From: Bilabrum cf. latius
Lineage: Eukaryota
Direction of reading: 5' to 3'
Assembly: GCA_965178125.1 (NCBI GenBank)
Contig: OZ237739.1
Location: 372,001-436,000 of the forward strand
Length of the DNA stretch: 64,000 nucleotides
Made by a program: the position numbers and the translations under genes. Positions 50,701 to 64,000 of this stretch are shown piece by piece (positions within the stretch are counted from its first letter, which is position 1; every line of letters starts with the position of its first letter). The notes beneath the pieces are model-generated. The model was given only the letters and a program-made list of their open reading frames with translations, made no database searches and was not told the origin of the DNA.

Positions 50701-53700
50701 GCAGCGCCCCAGGGGTAGAGATCCAGGCGGAGCACACCGGCCGTTGCCATTGCAGTTCAGGACGGAATCGCAGGTCACCAGAACGGCAGATAGCTCTGTG
50801 TCAGCCTGGGCGAGGCGGTACTGCAATCCCTCCGCTGTCGTGAAAGATGACCCAGCCGTGTACCACTGCAAAATAGCACTATGTGGGATGATCGTCCCAC
50901 CGGGCACCAAAGGGGCTACGGTGGCAGCCCCGACCAGAGTGACGTCTTCGTCAACGTCAATTTGATCCAGACGCAGCAGCAGCACGTCCACGCGCTTCGC
51001 TGTTGACGTAAGTGTGGCGTCCTAAAGACGACGCTACTTCCTAGATTCGCCAAGCCTACTGACGCCGTGCGCACCGATTTCACTGAGGTTCTCCGTGAAA
51101 ACATCGGGAACTGACGTCCGAATGTGCTCCGCCAGCTGCTACATACGGCGGAACCCACCCAGCGAGCTTCCGCCCGGCGTGAACCTGTCCCGCAAGATCT
51201 CTTCAATGTCCACACCTTCGATGAAATCGTTGGTCGCGTTGCTTGTGATGTTGATGACAGGGTCCAGGGCCGAGTCTAGCTCGGGGAACTGCTCCCGGAT
51301 GGCCGTGTCGTTCGGCAGCGAGAGGCTGAGGTTGGCGTTCAGCAACGCACTGAGTGCTCTGAGTGAAATATTCCCGAAGAACTCAATCGAGTACCTTGAA
51401 GTGTCCAGGTGGCTGCTGTTCATCCCCACTGCGGTTGAATCGCTTGTATTCACCGAGACGAGCCCGGCCGGCATGAAAACTGCCAGGGTGACTTCCTACG
51501 CGGGGTTCGTGGCGTTTGCGTTCTTCACCGTAATTCCCAGCTGGATCGCATACGGGCTATCGGTCGGCACCTCATGCAGCGGGAATCGGTCCTCTAAGTC
51601 CAGGACAATGGGAATGCCAGTCTGCAGTTCTCCGAGATCTGTACCCGAGTCAGTCGTGCCACCACCTCCTGACGTCACGCCTGCCGTTACACTAATGGAA
51701 CCGCCTGGCGGCGGATTATCGGTCACGACCGTTCGGATCCTCACGCGCACCTTTTCAGGGACTGTATTGTTCGAATTGGAATTCGAAAGCGCGCACAGCG
51801 GAATCCTCACTTCCCCCGTCTCTCTATTGATCTCTACGAGAGCGAGGGCGCCCTGGAATCCTCCCGTGCACGACGAGTTCAGATCTGCCGAATCAGGAAT
51901 GATATCAAGAACATCGGTCGGAGATAGTGTGCCCACGGGCTCAATCTTAACGGTTACAGTTGTATTGGACATTGTTCCCTCTGGAACGGTCACGTCAACT
52001 ATGATGTCAACGGTCTACCCGGGCACAAGGGTCTTCGTACCGGTTCCATCCGTGCCGGTAACCACGCTCACGTTCACAGAAGCCTTCGTTGTGGGAACCA
52101 AGGGCAGTGGAGATGACGGCTGCACAGCAGTGCGTCCTCCGGATGAGCCACCACTTCCGTTGCCACCGGATCCGTCACCACCAGATGACCCAGGTCCGGT
52201 GTACGGCCCTGGCAGGTTGTCGATCGAAACACCCGGCTTTGGTGAAATGGGTACACCGACCTCAACATCTGTCGTGGGCACAGCAGTCACGATGATTGTC
52301 ACGTTCTCACCCAGTCCTAGCTTTGGAATGAGTGCCAGCAGCCCTCCGTCTGGGTTGCTAAAGACTCCACCGGCCCCTGTCGACCCGTTACGTCCGTCGT
52401 ATACATGCCCGATGCCTGGGATGAACACACTAACAATCGTGTAAGGGGGCCTCGAGCCAGTGGTGCCGTTCGATCCATGTGGAATCAATGCGTCGTCAGT
52501 GATCGCCACATTGTACATAGGCGACGAAGAATTCTCGCCGTGACCCAGAGTCACCTTGTACTAGAACGGATCTCCTGCATCTATACCACCCCCGCTTGGT
52601 AAATCAGGCAATTCCACATCGAATGGCGCTGCGACTGGCTCAACAACAGACAAAGGACTGACAGGGGTTGTCCCGCTCGGCAACTCCTTACCGTTTGTGA
52701 TCAGTTTAATCTTTCCGCCGTCCAGGGTGACGCCTGGTCCAGCCGGCACGTCGTCATCTACTTCTACAAGCAGCTTGATCTTCAGGCCAGATGCGGCTGG
52801 ACCCGCGTTGGTTACATCGCAGAGGTCCAGCCGCACGACGTTCGAGCCATTCACGCGGCTCAAATATGACTATGGTTGGCTGAACACTGGACATGAACTC
52901 GTGATTTGAGTCCCGTTGTCTAGCGTCATCACCACTCCAACAACCGTTAGGCCTTCAGGTAGATCGACTACAAGCGTCGCATTGCTCGCAGTTGAGACCG
53001 GCAACGCGATGTCGACCGTCACATTGAAGCGCTGGCCTGGTGTCGCAGCCAACGGTGACGGGGTGATCGATCCGGTATCGATGGACGTGGAAACTGCCGG
53101 CCCGTCTACGCTTATACTAGGTTGCGTCGCAAATGGTGTACCAGCCGTAGGTGTGACGCCGACATCCGGGCCCGATGCATGCGTGAGAGTCAGCTGCGGC
53201 GATATGCTGCCCGGCTCTCCAGTGGTTGTGCCTGCCTCTGCGCTAGGCTTGATTCGTACACCGTACTAGATGTCTAGCACAACGCCGGGAGCAATCGGCC
53301 CTGGAAGAACAAAGACGGTAGTGTTCGTTTTCTTGCTGGTAATGCCGTCGATCCGCATCCCATTCACAACGACATACTCAAGATCATAACCGTCGCCAAG
53401 GGAGGCATCGTCGAGCACAACATCATAAGCAGCAGAGGTCGAGTCGTTCGAGTGCTGCAGGGTGAAATTGAACTCGACCACATCACCGCCCTCCACTCCG
53501 GTCACCGCAGCAGGTGAAATCACTGGTGGCACAAACACAGCCTCGCCAACCGGCACTGTTGCTGCAAAGCCACTAGTTACCACGCCCTGACCAGACCCAC
53601 CTGGTACTGTGCCTGGTCCGGTTGTGTTGAAGCGAACGGAGGCATCTACCCCAACTGAGCCTCCGGTTGTACCTGGTGCAACGCTCGCGCGCACCGTCAG

Positions 53701-56700
53701 CTCAATATCGACGAAGTCGTTGCCCTGCAAAGGAGACGCCAGTATGTCGCACAAGGGGATGCACACGCCGCCAGCAGCACCGGCACTGGTCCCCATTAGG
53801 CCACCGCCACGGATAGTGACTCCTGGCCTGGTATCATTCAAGTTTTCGTGTAGTCCCGCACACGAAGAAGAAGCATTCCCGCCTCTTACATCGATCCCTG
53901 CAATCGAGAAGTTGTACAGGGCATCGGAGGGCTGTGTGTCTAGGCAGACAGCCGGATCGACTGTTGACCCAGCAGGAACTCGAACCGTCACCTTCACATC
54001 TACTGAGCCAGTCGGCGCGGCTACGCCAGGATTTCTAGAGGAGTCATCCGGCTCAATTGATACGGCCACAGTCGGCTGCGCGATCTCGACCAGTCGACTA
54101 CCATCGGGTGGCAAGGCAGTTCCAGTCACGTTCCCTTCTGGAACATTCGCCCACGACACGACAGGAATTGCGGAGTACCCTGTACCGGCAGCCACAGAGT
54201 CTTCCAGGGTCACGCTGTAAGAGACTGACACGGTTGCATTGGGAGGTAGCACGGGTATCACGAATGCCTCTCCCGGTTTTGTGCCCGGTAGCACCGAAAT
54301 CGGCACCCCATCGACTAGCACAACGACGTCATTGATGGATGCAAGACCGCCAGCCAGCATACTGTCGGATATGCTCACATTGTACAAACGGGCTGACGAC
54401 TTGTTGCTGGTCGCCAGCGCAATGCTCACATCGTACTTATCTCCAGCAACGAGGCCGCCGCTCCCCCCAGTGGTGTTGTCAGCCGGGACGATTTCAAAAG
54501 AAATGAAGGCAACATCAGGCCGAACCACCTTGACTTCAGTCGAGTTCGGAGCCGAGACACCCCCGCCATTGTTTTGACGCAAACCTGCGCTCCCGATGAA
54601 AGGCGGACTTTCACCTCCATCGCCATCGTCTGCAAGCTTGCCTTGCAGGCGAATGCGCAAGGACCCGGTCGGGGATGTGGACACCAATGAGCACAGGTTA
54701 AGTTGTGCGGCAGTTTGTGACACAATGGAGAGACCGCCACTATGGATTGCACCACTGGCACAGTCTCCTCCTTCCTCTGATCTTCCTGCGCCCGAAACAC
54801 CATCAGCAACTACATCCACGATTGTAAGCCCCTTCGGCAGCAAGCCCTACGCCGCGAGGATATCTAAGATACCACCAGGCATAGTGCCAGCGGGAATATG
54901 AATCTCTACCTCGAAGTCTATGGTTTGACCAGGAACAGACTCTCCAGGGATGGATGCCCCAGGCCCGACTGGCCGAACGCTAACGCTCATAGTTGCGCGT
55001 CTCGCAAACCTCGTCGCATTCTTGTCTGCCTCCTCAAAGTCCACGTAGATCCGAACCTAACCGGGATAATCGAAAGGCGAAGGGCCGGTCGTCAGCCGCC
55101 TCGAGTGGTACTGATCGATGGTTGGCGTGCCAAACTCATCAACCGCAATCGACGGATGAGAGTAGAAATCGAGATCAAAGGCCGGTCTATACCTGCTACC
55201 CAGCTCTAATCCACTAGTCACCTTGAGCCGCAGTGTTACGTTGACCCGACCCTGCACCGCCTGCAGGGCCACTAGTGGACCGGTATCGTTGTAAAGCGGC
55301 GAAGAGTGTGACTCGTTCCCGATAATCGTCTCGTTTCTGGTGATGCCAGAGCCGAGCTACCCGCTCGCGTCGAACAGCGTTACCGCAAATGCCGTCGAGC
55401 GATTGACTTCAATGAAAAGGTCAACTACGATGTCGTCACCCGGAACGATCTCAAAGTCTGGTGACGTCACATTTGTGATAACGAAGTCAATGTCAGGCTC
55501 CACAACCTGCAGGACAGCATGCTCCACATGCGAGGAAAAGGCCAACTCGGGGCCTCCTACGACCGATGCGACGATTGCTTGGCCATCCTTCGTTGCATTC
55601 GCATCGGCGACCTGCACGGTTGCTCCGACCTGCAGGGTCATCGGAGCCGCCAGCAGCAAGTCGCACATGTCAAACCCTTGACCCACCTAAAGCTTGTTGC
55701 CTATCGACCGTCTTGACTGGATCAACGTACCTGATCCTGGTCGGCAAGGCGGTACTGGGCCCACCGTATCGATATCATCAACAAACAAAATGCTCTCTTC
55801 GGATACGTTTAGCATCATGTCTATGTAGGTTCCCGACAGGACACCGGCGGGTAGCAAAATGTCTGTTGCGATCCTCATGGACGACCCCATAGAAACAGAT
55901 AAGCCTCCTATGGCATCATCTGTTGCGAATGTCGAATCGAAGGAAGGGAACGCAGACTCTACTTTATCATCAACCGCAATGAGGCTCAATGCTTCAGTCT
56001 AAGGGTCACACGGCGAGGTCTAGTACCGAAGTGAAACACGCAACGTGATGTTTGAAGTGAGCGGAATGAGCGAACCTGCCTCAAGCATCACTCGCACAGC
56101 TATGCTTTCATTCGGACTCAGCGAAGCCAGCGTTCCATTGCTCCCATTGAAGTCGACACGCATTGGAATTAGACCTTCAGGCCCGTCCACAGAATCGTAG
56201 ATGAGATCCACTCCATACGCAGAGCCATCCCCCACATTCATGATCTCAAACATGGTCAACAATTCGGAGCCGGCACTTACGTTGCTACTGGGGTCAACAG
56301 TTATTGATCCGTTTACAGCAAGCACAGGTTTCACAAGCTCGATATAGGAACCAGATGCTGCGGCTTCAATCCGCCGCCCCTCATCGTCTTCAGCGCTAAT
56401 GGAAGCTCTAATAGAAAGCTGTCCAAGAGACGTCGAGTGCACAACGAATGGCCATTCAACCCTGATGTAAGTTGCATTCGCTGTTGGAGCTGAGGCGATG
56501 CTGCTTACATCCCCGAGGCGAAGTACCAGGCTGTCAGTACTCACAACCGGAGATGTCAAGGCGTCCTCCAGTTGGGAGCCATGGACACTGCTCGATGCCG
56601 AGGCACCCGACAGCGTTAGATTCGGAGGCATGACACAGTCTGAGTACTCCAAGAAGTTTGCCGCTCCAAGTAGCGGCGCCATCAGGGACTGGTCAAACTG

Positions 56701-59700
56701 GATCTGGACCTGAAGCTACCTGCTGAGCCCGCCAGGGATGCGTACAAGCGTCTGCATAGTCACAGCATCTCCAGTACCTACACTGAGTACGGGCTTAATG
56801 CTGCTATAGTCATCGATTCGCACCACCGAATGTGCAATCGCAAACCCCCCACTTCCAGGAGACGATGTTTCAATATCAAACTGCTAGTCAGCACCTTGCT
56901 CGACACGATGCTGTGTCCCATTTCTTGGTTGAGACGGGTAGAAAGACACGGCGACTTCCGATGAAGAGTTGCCGAGCAGCGGTACAAAAGGTGATAGCAA
57001 AACCTCCACCTCAATTTGCACACTTCCTCCTAGAGGCAGCCTCGCGATTTCAAGCAAGGCGATTGGGTCTGATGGGTCGATATCAATACCCAGAGCACCA
57101 TTCGAACTCACCAATCGAATTCGGACGAGGCTGTAGGGGCTATCGACTCGACCAAGAGCCAGATCTACTACCGAGATATTAAAGACATCAGCTGCACTGA
57201 ACGCATCGTGGCTGATGGTGATATTCCATGCCACAATATCTCCACCCACAACCCTTGACGCCACCGAGGGACTACTGGAAACTCGCAAAGAGCCCCTCAC
57301 CACTTCGAGCTCAACAGATGACGAGAGGTTCACAGCATGCTCAGATATCAACGTAGCCGATGCATCTACTGCAACAGTAAATACATTCGGCGGTAAGTCC
57401 TATGCCACTGCATGGAGCACGACCTCCACGCCCTCCACAGTCAGCCCGTTGTCCGTGCCGGCGTTCGTCACGTCGCCCAGCTGCACCGTCGCCGTGCCGG
57501 CCGCCCCGTCCACGCTCCAGTGGGACGAGTTCAGGCCGCTCAGCGCGCCCGATCCGCCCGCAAGCGACGACGTCACGTTCGACCCGGACCCTGCCGTGGC
57601 TCGCACTGACACCACCTCCAGCAGCTCCAGCACGTCCGCTCGAGACAGGCTCACGCTCACCGACGACCCCACCAGAGTGCCTTCCGCAAGCTACAGCACC
57701 GCCGTCAGCTCCACCACCTGCCCCACCGCCACGCGCCCGGGACCCGCCACACTAGGATCCTCCACGCTCGCGTTCCACACCAATCCAGGACCAGGCACTG
57801 ACACGGCCGTCGACTCAGGCGCCTCGGAGCTCTCGTTCCGGCTCACCCCGTACGAGCTGCCCACCACCGGGTGCGAGCTCCACTCCACCCGCACGTCCGT
57901 CGGCACCGTCGTGCCAGATGCAGCCGCGTCCGTCAGACGCACGCGGTACACCAGCACAGAGCTGCTCACCACAGACTCCAACACGGCCCACTCGCCGCTC
58001 GTGCTGTGCCCGATCACCGACCCGCTCGTCTCGCGGCTGTACCGCTCCGTCCCGTCCACCACCACAGACTCCACCACGTACGACGGGCCCGGCAGCGACG
58101 CGTCCACCAGCCGCACCCAGTACGCCTGGTTGTATCCCGCGCCCTGCGTCGCGTTCACTACCACCACCATCTGCACCACGTCGCCTCCGTCGCCCACCGC
58201 GCTGGCAGGACTCACAGACACAGACACATCCGGCTCCAGCACAGACAGGCTCGCCGACTCGGAGCTCATCGTCTCCTGCGTCACGAATGCCGCATCCACA
58301 TCGATGCTGGCCCCGCGAGACACAGCGCTCACGTTCTCCACGGTCGCCTCCAGCACCACCTCCAGGATCTCCCCGGCGCCAGACACGCCCACGTCCCGGT
58401 CCACATTGCGCAGCACGCACAGAGGCGCCCGGTACCACGACGCCAATGGACCGCCCAGACGCACCACAGACAGCCCGGACAGGTCATCCAGATACGACTG
58501 CACGCCCGACCCGCCCGACCCCACACCGCTGCAGCTCGACACCAGCACGCTGCTCGGCGACGAGTCAGTGCTGCCGTTCACCACCACGCGAGCCGACACC
58601 ACCCGACGCAGACCGAGACCACTCACCAGCGACGATCCCGGCACAGACACGTTCAGCACCGCATCGCTCATGCGGGCTTCCGGCAGCGCCACGCTCACGT
58701 TCACAGTCACCACGCTGCCCACCACCACGTCCAGGCCGCCAGATGTCGCGCCGTCCGAAGACACAGACAGGCTCAACGATGGCGACCCCACGCTCAGCGA
58801 CGATGCAGACGTGGTCGATACCACGGACTCGTTTCGGGACTCAGACGGGCTGGGATGGCTGCCCCACCGCACGCTCACGAAAGGCACAGGGTACGATGCC
58901 CCGGCCTCCACGTCCGACGACACAAGCACCTCCCACTGCACGGCCAGCACCTGACCCGCTCCCACCTCGCTCAGCACAAGCACCGCGTCGGCCAGCGACG
59001 CAGACCCGCCTGCCACCAGCGACCCGTTCACCCACACGCGACCCACAGAGTACACCGGAGCCCCCGTGGCCGTCAAGCTCACGTTCGCCAGCACCGAGTC
59101 CGCGACCACCACGTCAAACACAGACGCGCCCGCCGACGCGACGGGCCGCAGCACAGTCGAGAACAACAGAGAGTCCCCGCCGTCCACGTCAGATAGCACC
59201 GACGGAAGCAACACATCCGGCCGAGACAGGCCCTGCCCCGCCACCGTCAAAGTCACGCTCGAGTTCGTCACGGCAGGCACCACGTCCAAGCTAGACACAG
59301 ACGCGATCACGCTAGACGTCGACCCGGCCGCCGCGTCCCGAAGCACGCGCCCGCCCACCACCACCTCGATGGACTCGCTCACGCCATCCAGCGTGTCGTT
59401 GTTCACCATCGTGCACGGCCCGATCACCACCTCGCCCGTGCTGGCGTTCACGCTCGCGTGCGGCGCGCTGCCCAGCAGTGACAGTGGCGTCACCAGCACG
59501 CCGCCGCACACCACGCGCAGCTTCGTCAGAGACGGCCCGCTCACGGACACCACCGAGATGCTCGCAGGGTCCAGCACGCCGTCGGGCCCGCCAGGACGCA
59601 CGCGGATCACCACGTCCCTCGCCGTGCCCGCTGGCAATGCGGCGGCCACCACCACCTCCACCGACTGGCCGCCCACCACGCTCGACGGACTCAGCGACGA

Positions 59701-62700
59701 GCTCAGGCTGCTGTCCGGCGTGCGCGCGTACATCTGCACCGCAGGATCCGCGTGCTGCATCAGCACATCCGCCTCCGCTGCCACGCTCGCGTTGCGGGAG
59801 TCGCCCACATCGGGGTGCGACCACCACCGGGCAGACAGGCTCGCGTTCACGCTGCCGCCAAGGTCGATGCTCGGCAGAAGCTCCACCTCCACCACCACCG
59901 ACAACGAGTCGCCCACGTCCAGCCGAGGCCACACGATCACCGTGCCTGCAAGGCTCTCTGCAGACACCCCGGATGCCGACGCAGATGCCGCGTCCGCTCC
60001 CGCGCGACGAGACCCGCCCTCGCTCCACGCCGGCTGCACCACGCCGTTCACCCACACGCCAGACACCACGTACCTGCCGTCCAGCAGCGTCGAGTCCAGC
60101 AGCGTCACGTTGAACACAGACGCGGCCGATCCGCCCGCATGCCCCACCGTCATGGTGAAGTTCAGCTTGTCGCCGCCGTCCGTGTCCGTGAAGGCCACGG
60201 GGCTCACGCCGGGCGCTGCCAAAGACCCCTCCGATACCGTCAGCGTCACCACGCGAGACACGGCCTCGCCGCCGCTCAGGTCAGACCCAGACACAGACGC
60301 CGTCGCATCCACGCCCACGCCGCCCTGCGCCGCCGCCGTGTTGCGGACCACGCCGCGCAGCACGATCTCCACGCCCTCCACAGTCAGCCCGTTGTCCGTG
60401 CCGGCGTTCGTCACGTCGCCCAGCTGCACCGTCGCCGTGCCGGCCGCCCCGTCCACGCTCCAGTGGGACGAGTTCAGACCGCTCAGCGCGCCCGATCCGC
60501 CCGCAAGCGACGACGTCACGTTCGACCCGGACCCTGCCGTGGCTCGCACTGACACCACCTCCAGCAGCTCCAGCACGTCCGCTCGAGACAGGCTCACGCT
60601 CACCGACGACCCCACCAGAGTGCCTTCCGCAAGCTACAGCACCGCCGTCAGCTCCACCACCTGCCCCACCGCCACGCGCCCGGGACCCGCCACACTAGGA
60701 TCCTCCACGCTCGCGTTCCACACCAATCCAGGACCAGGCACTGACACGGCCGTCGACTCAGGCGCCTCGGAGCTCTCGTTCCGGCTCACCCCGTACGAGC
60801 TGCCCACCACCGGGTGCGAGCTCCACTCCACCCGCACGTCCGTCGGCACCGTCGTGCCAGATGCAGCCGCGTCCGTCAGACGCACGCGGTACACCAGCAC
60901 AGAGCTGCTCACCACAGACTCCAACACGGCCCACTCGCCGCTCGTGCTGTGCCCGATCACCGACCCGCTCGTCTCGCGGCTGTACCGCTCCGTCCCGTCC
61001 ACCACCACAGACTCCACCACGTACGACGGGCCCGGCAGCGACGCGTCCACCAGCCGCACCCAGTACGCCTGGTTGTATCCCGCGCCCTGCGTCGCGTTCA
61101 CTACCACCACCATCTGCACCACGTCGCCTCCGTCGCCCACCGCGCTGGCAGGACTCACAGACACAGACACATCCGGCTCCAGCACAGACAGGCTCGCCGA
61201 CTCGGAGCTCATCGTCTCCTGCGTCACGAATGCCGCATCCACATCGATGCTGGCCCCGCGAGACACAGCGCTCACGTTCTCCACGGTCGCCTCCAGCACC
61301 ACCTCCAGGATCTCCCCGGCGCCAGACACGCCCACGTCCCGGTCCACATTGCGCAGCACGCACAGAGGCGCCCGGTACCACGACGCCAATGGACCGCCCA
61401 GACGCACCACAGACAGCCCGGACAGGTCATCCAGATACGACTGCACGCCCGACCCGCCCGACCCCACACCGCTGCAGCTCGACACCAGCACGCTGCTCGG
61501 CGACGAGTCAGTGCTGCCGTTCACCACCACGCGAGCCGACACCACCCGACGCAGACCGAGACCACTCACCAGCGACGATCCCGGCACAGACACGTTCAGC
61601 ACCGCATCGCTCATGCGGGCTTCCGGCAGAGCCACGCTCACGTTCACAGTCACCACGCTGCCCACCACCACGTCCAGGCCGCCAGATGTCGCGCCGTCCG
61701 AAGACACAGACAGGCTCAACGATGGCGACCCCACGCTCAGCGACGATGCAGACGTGGTCGATACCACGGACTCGTTCCGGGACTCAGACGGGCTGGGATG
61801 GCTGCCCCACCGCACGCTCACGAAAGGCACAGGGTACGATGCCCCGGCCTCCACGTCCGACGACACAAGCACCTCCCACTGCACGGCCAGCACCTGACCC
61901 GCTCCCACCTCGCTCAGCACAAGCACCGCGTCGGCCAGCGACGCAGACCCGCCTGCCACCAGCGACCCGTTCACCCACACGCGACCCACAGAGTACACCG
62001 GAGCCCCCGTGGCCGTCAAGCTCACGTTCGCCAGCACCGAGTCCGCGACCACCACGTCAAACACAGACGCGCCCGCCGACGCGATGGGCCGCAGCACAGT
62101 CGAGAACAACAGAGAGTCCCCGCCGTCCACGTCAGATAGCACCGACGGAAGCAACACATCCGGCCGAGACAGGCCCTGCCCCGCCACCGTCAAAGTCACG
62201 CTCGAGTTCGTCACGGCAGGCACCACGTCCAAGCTAGACACAGACGCGATCACGCTAGACGTCGACCCGGCCGCCGCGTCCCGAAGCACGCGCCCGCCCA
62301 CCACCACCTCGATGGACTCGCTCACGCCATCCAGCGTGTCGTTGTTCACCATCGTGCACGGCCCGATCACCACCTCGCCCGTGCTGGCGTTCACGCTCGC
62401 GTGCGGCGCGCTGCCCAGCAGTGACAGTGGCGTCACCAGCACGCCGCCGCACACCACGCGCAGCTTCGTCAGAGACGGCCCGCTCACGGACACCACCGAG
62501 ATGCTCGCAGGGTCCAGCACGCCGTCGGGCCCGCCAGGACGCACGCGGATCACCACGTCCCTCGCCGTGCCCGCTGGCAATGCGGCGGCCACCACCACCT
62601 CCACCGACTGGCCGCCCACCACGCTCGACGGACTCAGCGACGAGCTCAGGCTGCTGTCCGGCGTGCGCGCGTACATCTGCACCGCAGGATCCGCGTGCTG

Positions 62701-64000
62701 CATCAGCACATCTGCCTCCGCTGCCACGCTCGCGTTGCGGGAGTCGCCCACATCGGGGTGCGACCACCACCGGGCAGACAGGCTCGCGTTCACGCTGCCG
62801 CCAAGGTCGATGCTCGGCAGAAGCTCCACCTCCACCACCACCGACAACGAGTCGCCCACGTCCAGCCGAGGCCACACGATCACCGCGCCTGCAAGGCTGT
62901 CCGCAGACACCCCGGATGCCGACGCAGATGCCGTGTCCGCTCCCGCGCGACGAGACCCGCCCTCGCTCCACGCCGGCTGCACCACGCCGTTCACCCACAC
63001 GCCAGACACCACGTACCTGCCGTCCAGCAGCGTCGAGTCCAGCAGCGTCACGTTGAACACAGACGCGGCCGATCCGCCCGCATGCCCCACCGTCATGGTG
63101 AAGTTCAGCTTGTCGCCGCCGTCCGTGTCCGTGAAGGCCACGGGGCTCACGCCGGGCGCTGCCAAAGACCCCTCCGATACCGTCAGCGTCACCACGCGAG
63201 ACACGGCCTCGCCGCCGCTCAGGTCAGACCCAGACACAGACGCCGTCGCATCCACGCCCACGCCGCCCTGCGCCGCCGCCGTGTTGCGGACCACGCCGCG
63301 CAGCACGATCTCCACGCCCTCCACAGTCAGCCCGTTGTCCGTGCCGGCGTTCGTCACGTCGCCCAGCTGCACCGTCGCCGTGCCGGCCGCCCCGTCCACG
63401 CTCCAGTGGGACGAGTTCAGGCCGCTCAGCGCGCCCGATCCGCCCGCAAGCGACGACGTCACGTTCGACCCGGACCCTGCCGTGGCTCGCACTGACACCA
63501 CCTCCAGCAGCTCCAGCACGTCCGCTCGAGACAGGCTCACGCTCACCCACGACCCCACCAGAGTGCCTTCCGCAAGCTACAGCACCGCCGTCAGCTCCAC
63601 CACCTGCCCCACCGCCACGCGCCCGGGACCCGCCACACTAGGATCCTCCACGCTCGCGTTCCACACCAATCCAGGACCAGGCACTGACACGGCCGTCGAC
63701 TCAGGCGCCTCGGAGCTCTCGTTCCGGCTCACCCCGTACGAGCTGCCCACCACCGGGTGCGAGCTCCACTCCACCCGCACGTCCGTTGGCACCGTCGTGC
63801 CAGATGCAGCCGCGTCCGTCAGACGCACGCGGTACACCAGCACAGAGCTGCTCACCACAGACTCCAACACGGCCCACTCGCCGCTCGTGCTGTGCCCGAT
63901 CACCGACCCGCTCGTCTCGCGGCTGTACCGCTCCGTCCCGTCCACCACCACAGACTCCACCACGTACGACGGGCCCGGCAGTGACGCGTCCACCAGCCGC
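47776..64000 (-). CDS. Giant adhesin-like protein 2, paralogue of gene 1 (>5,400 aa in window; N-terminus beyond the right edge): Ig-like repeats, EGF-like, 2x TSP1, multi-pass TM; requires TAG=Gln
   Basis: The main minus-strand fragments from 63993 to 48165 share one frame, and the ~23 breaks are all TAG. Ends TGA at 47778-47776. The C-terminal region aligns with gene 1 (NWRN, PVPML.IF.QIWTC.FPFG, W.LELQ, NP.PF.RAHDL.RLPI). A small intron near 48230 (GTGAGT) cannot be excluded. Confidence 0.87.
48380..50775 (-). other. EGF-like, 2x TSP1 and multi-pass TM region of giant gene 2
   Basis: CNGNGRC...CECDAGWTGDSC, DCAVTQWTSWSTCTEECNGGEQTRTR and DCIVGNWTEYGDCSESCGGG, followed by ~9 hydrophobic segments matching those of gene 1. 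Confidence 0.85.
57417..64000. repeat. Tandem coding repeat, period 2943 bp (981 aa), >2.2 near-identical copies, continuing off the window
   Basis: Equivalent TAGs at 57691, 60634 and 63577. The two 974-aa ORFs are near-identical. Confidence 0.95.

Noticed and set aside
57215-61897. Long Thr/Ser/Pro-rich plus-strand ORFs (579 and 943 aa) and similar ones across 11-25 kb
   Set aside because: They are antisense to Val/Ser/Gly-rich giant CDS repeats and reflect codon bias of the real minus-strand gene.

Overview
Compact, GC-rich eukaryotic (protist-like) nuclear DNA with GT-AG introns and five protein-coding genes. The main signal is a non-standard nuclear genetic code. About 100 in-frame TAG codons interrupt all five genes and read as Gln. 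Two of them sit at strongly conserved Gln positions of Mago nashi (GR*ELEI, YYLV*DL), and others align with CAG in paralogous or repeat copies. All four gene ends visible in the window are TGA, and I found no in-frame TAA, so the code appears to be UAG=Gln with UAA not co-reassigned (table-15-like). Read this way, the dozens of minus-strand ORF fragments collapse into two giant paralogous surface proteins. Gene 1 (39956 to <1, >13,200 aa) is almost all one ~39.6 kb exon. Gene 2 (>64000 to 47776) is >5,400 aa. Both have long arrays of Ig-like repeats resembling bacterial DUF11/fimbrial-adhesin domains (972, 2940 and 2943 bp near-identical tandem units), followed by EGF-like and TSP1 modules and an unrecognised ~9-TM C-terminal domain. 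Between them lie a secreted GH78 alpha-L-rhamnosidase-like gene (+), PUS7/TruD (-) and a 4-exon mago nashi gene (+) that the ORF track misses.
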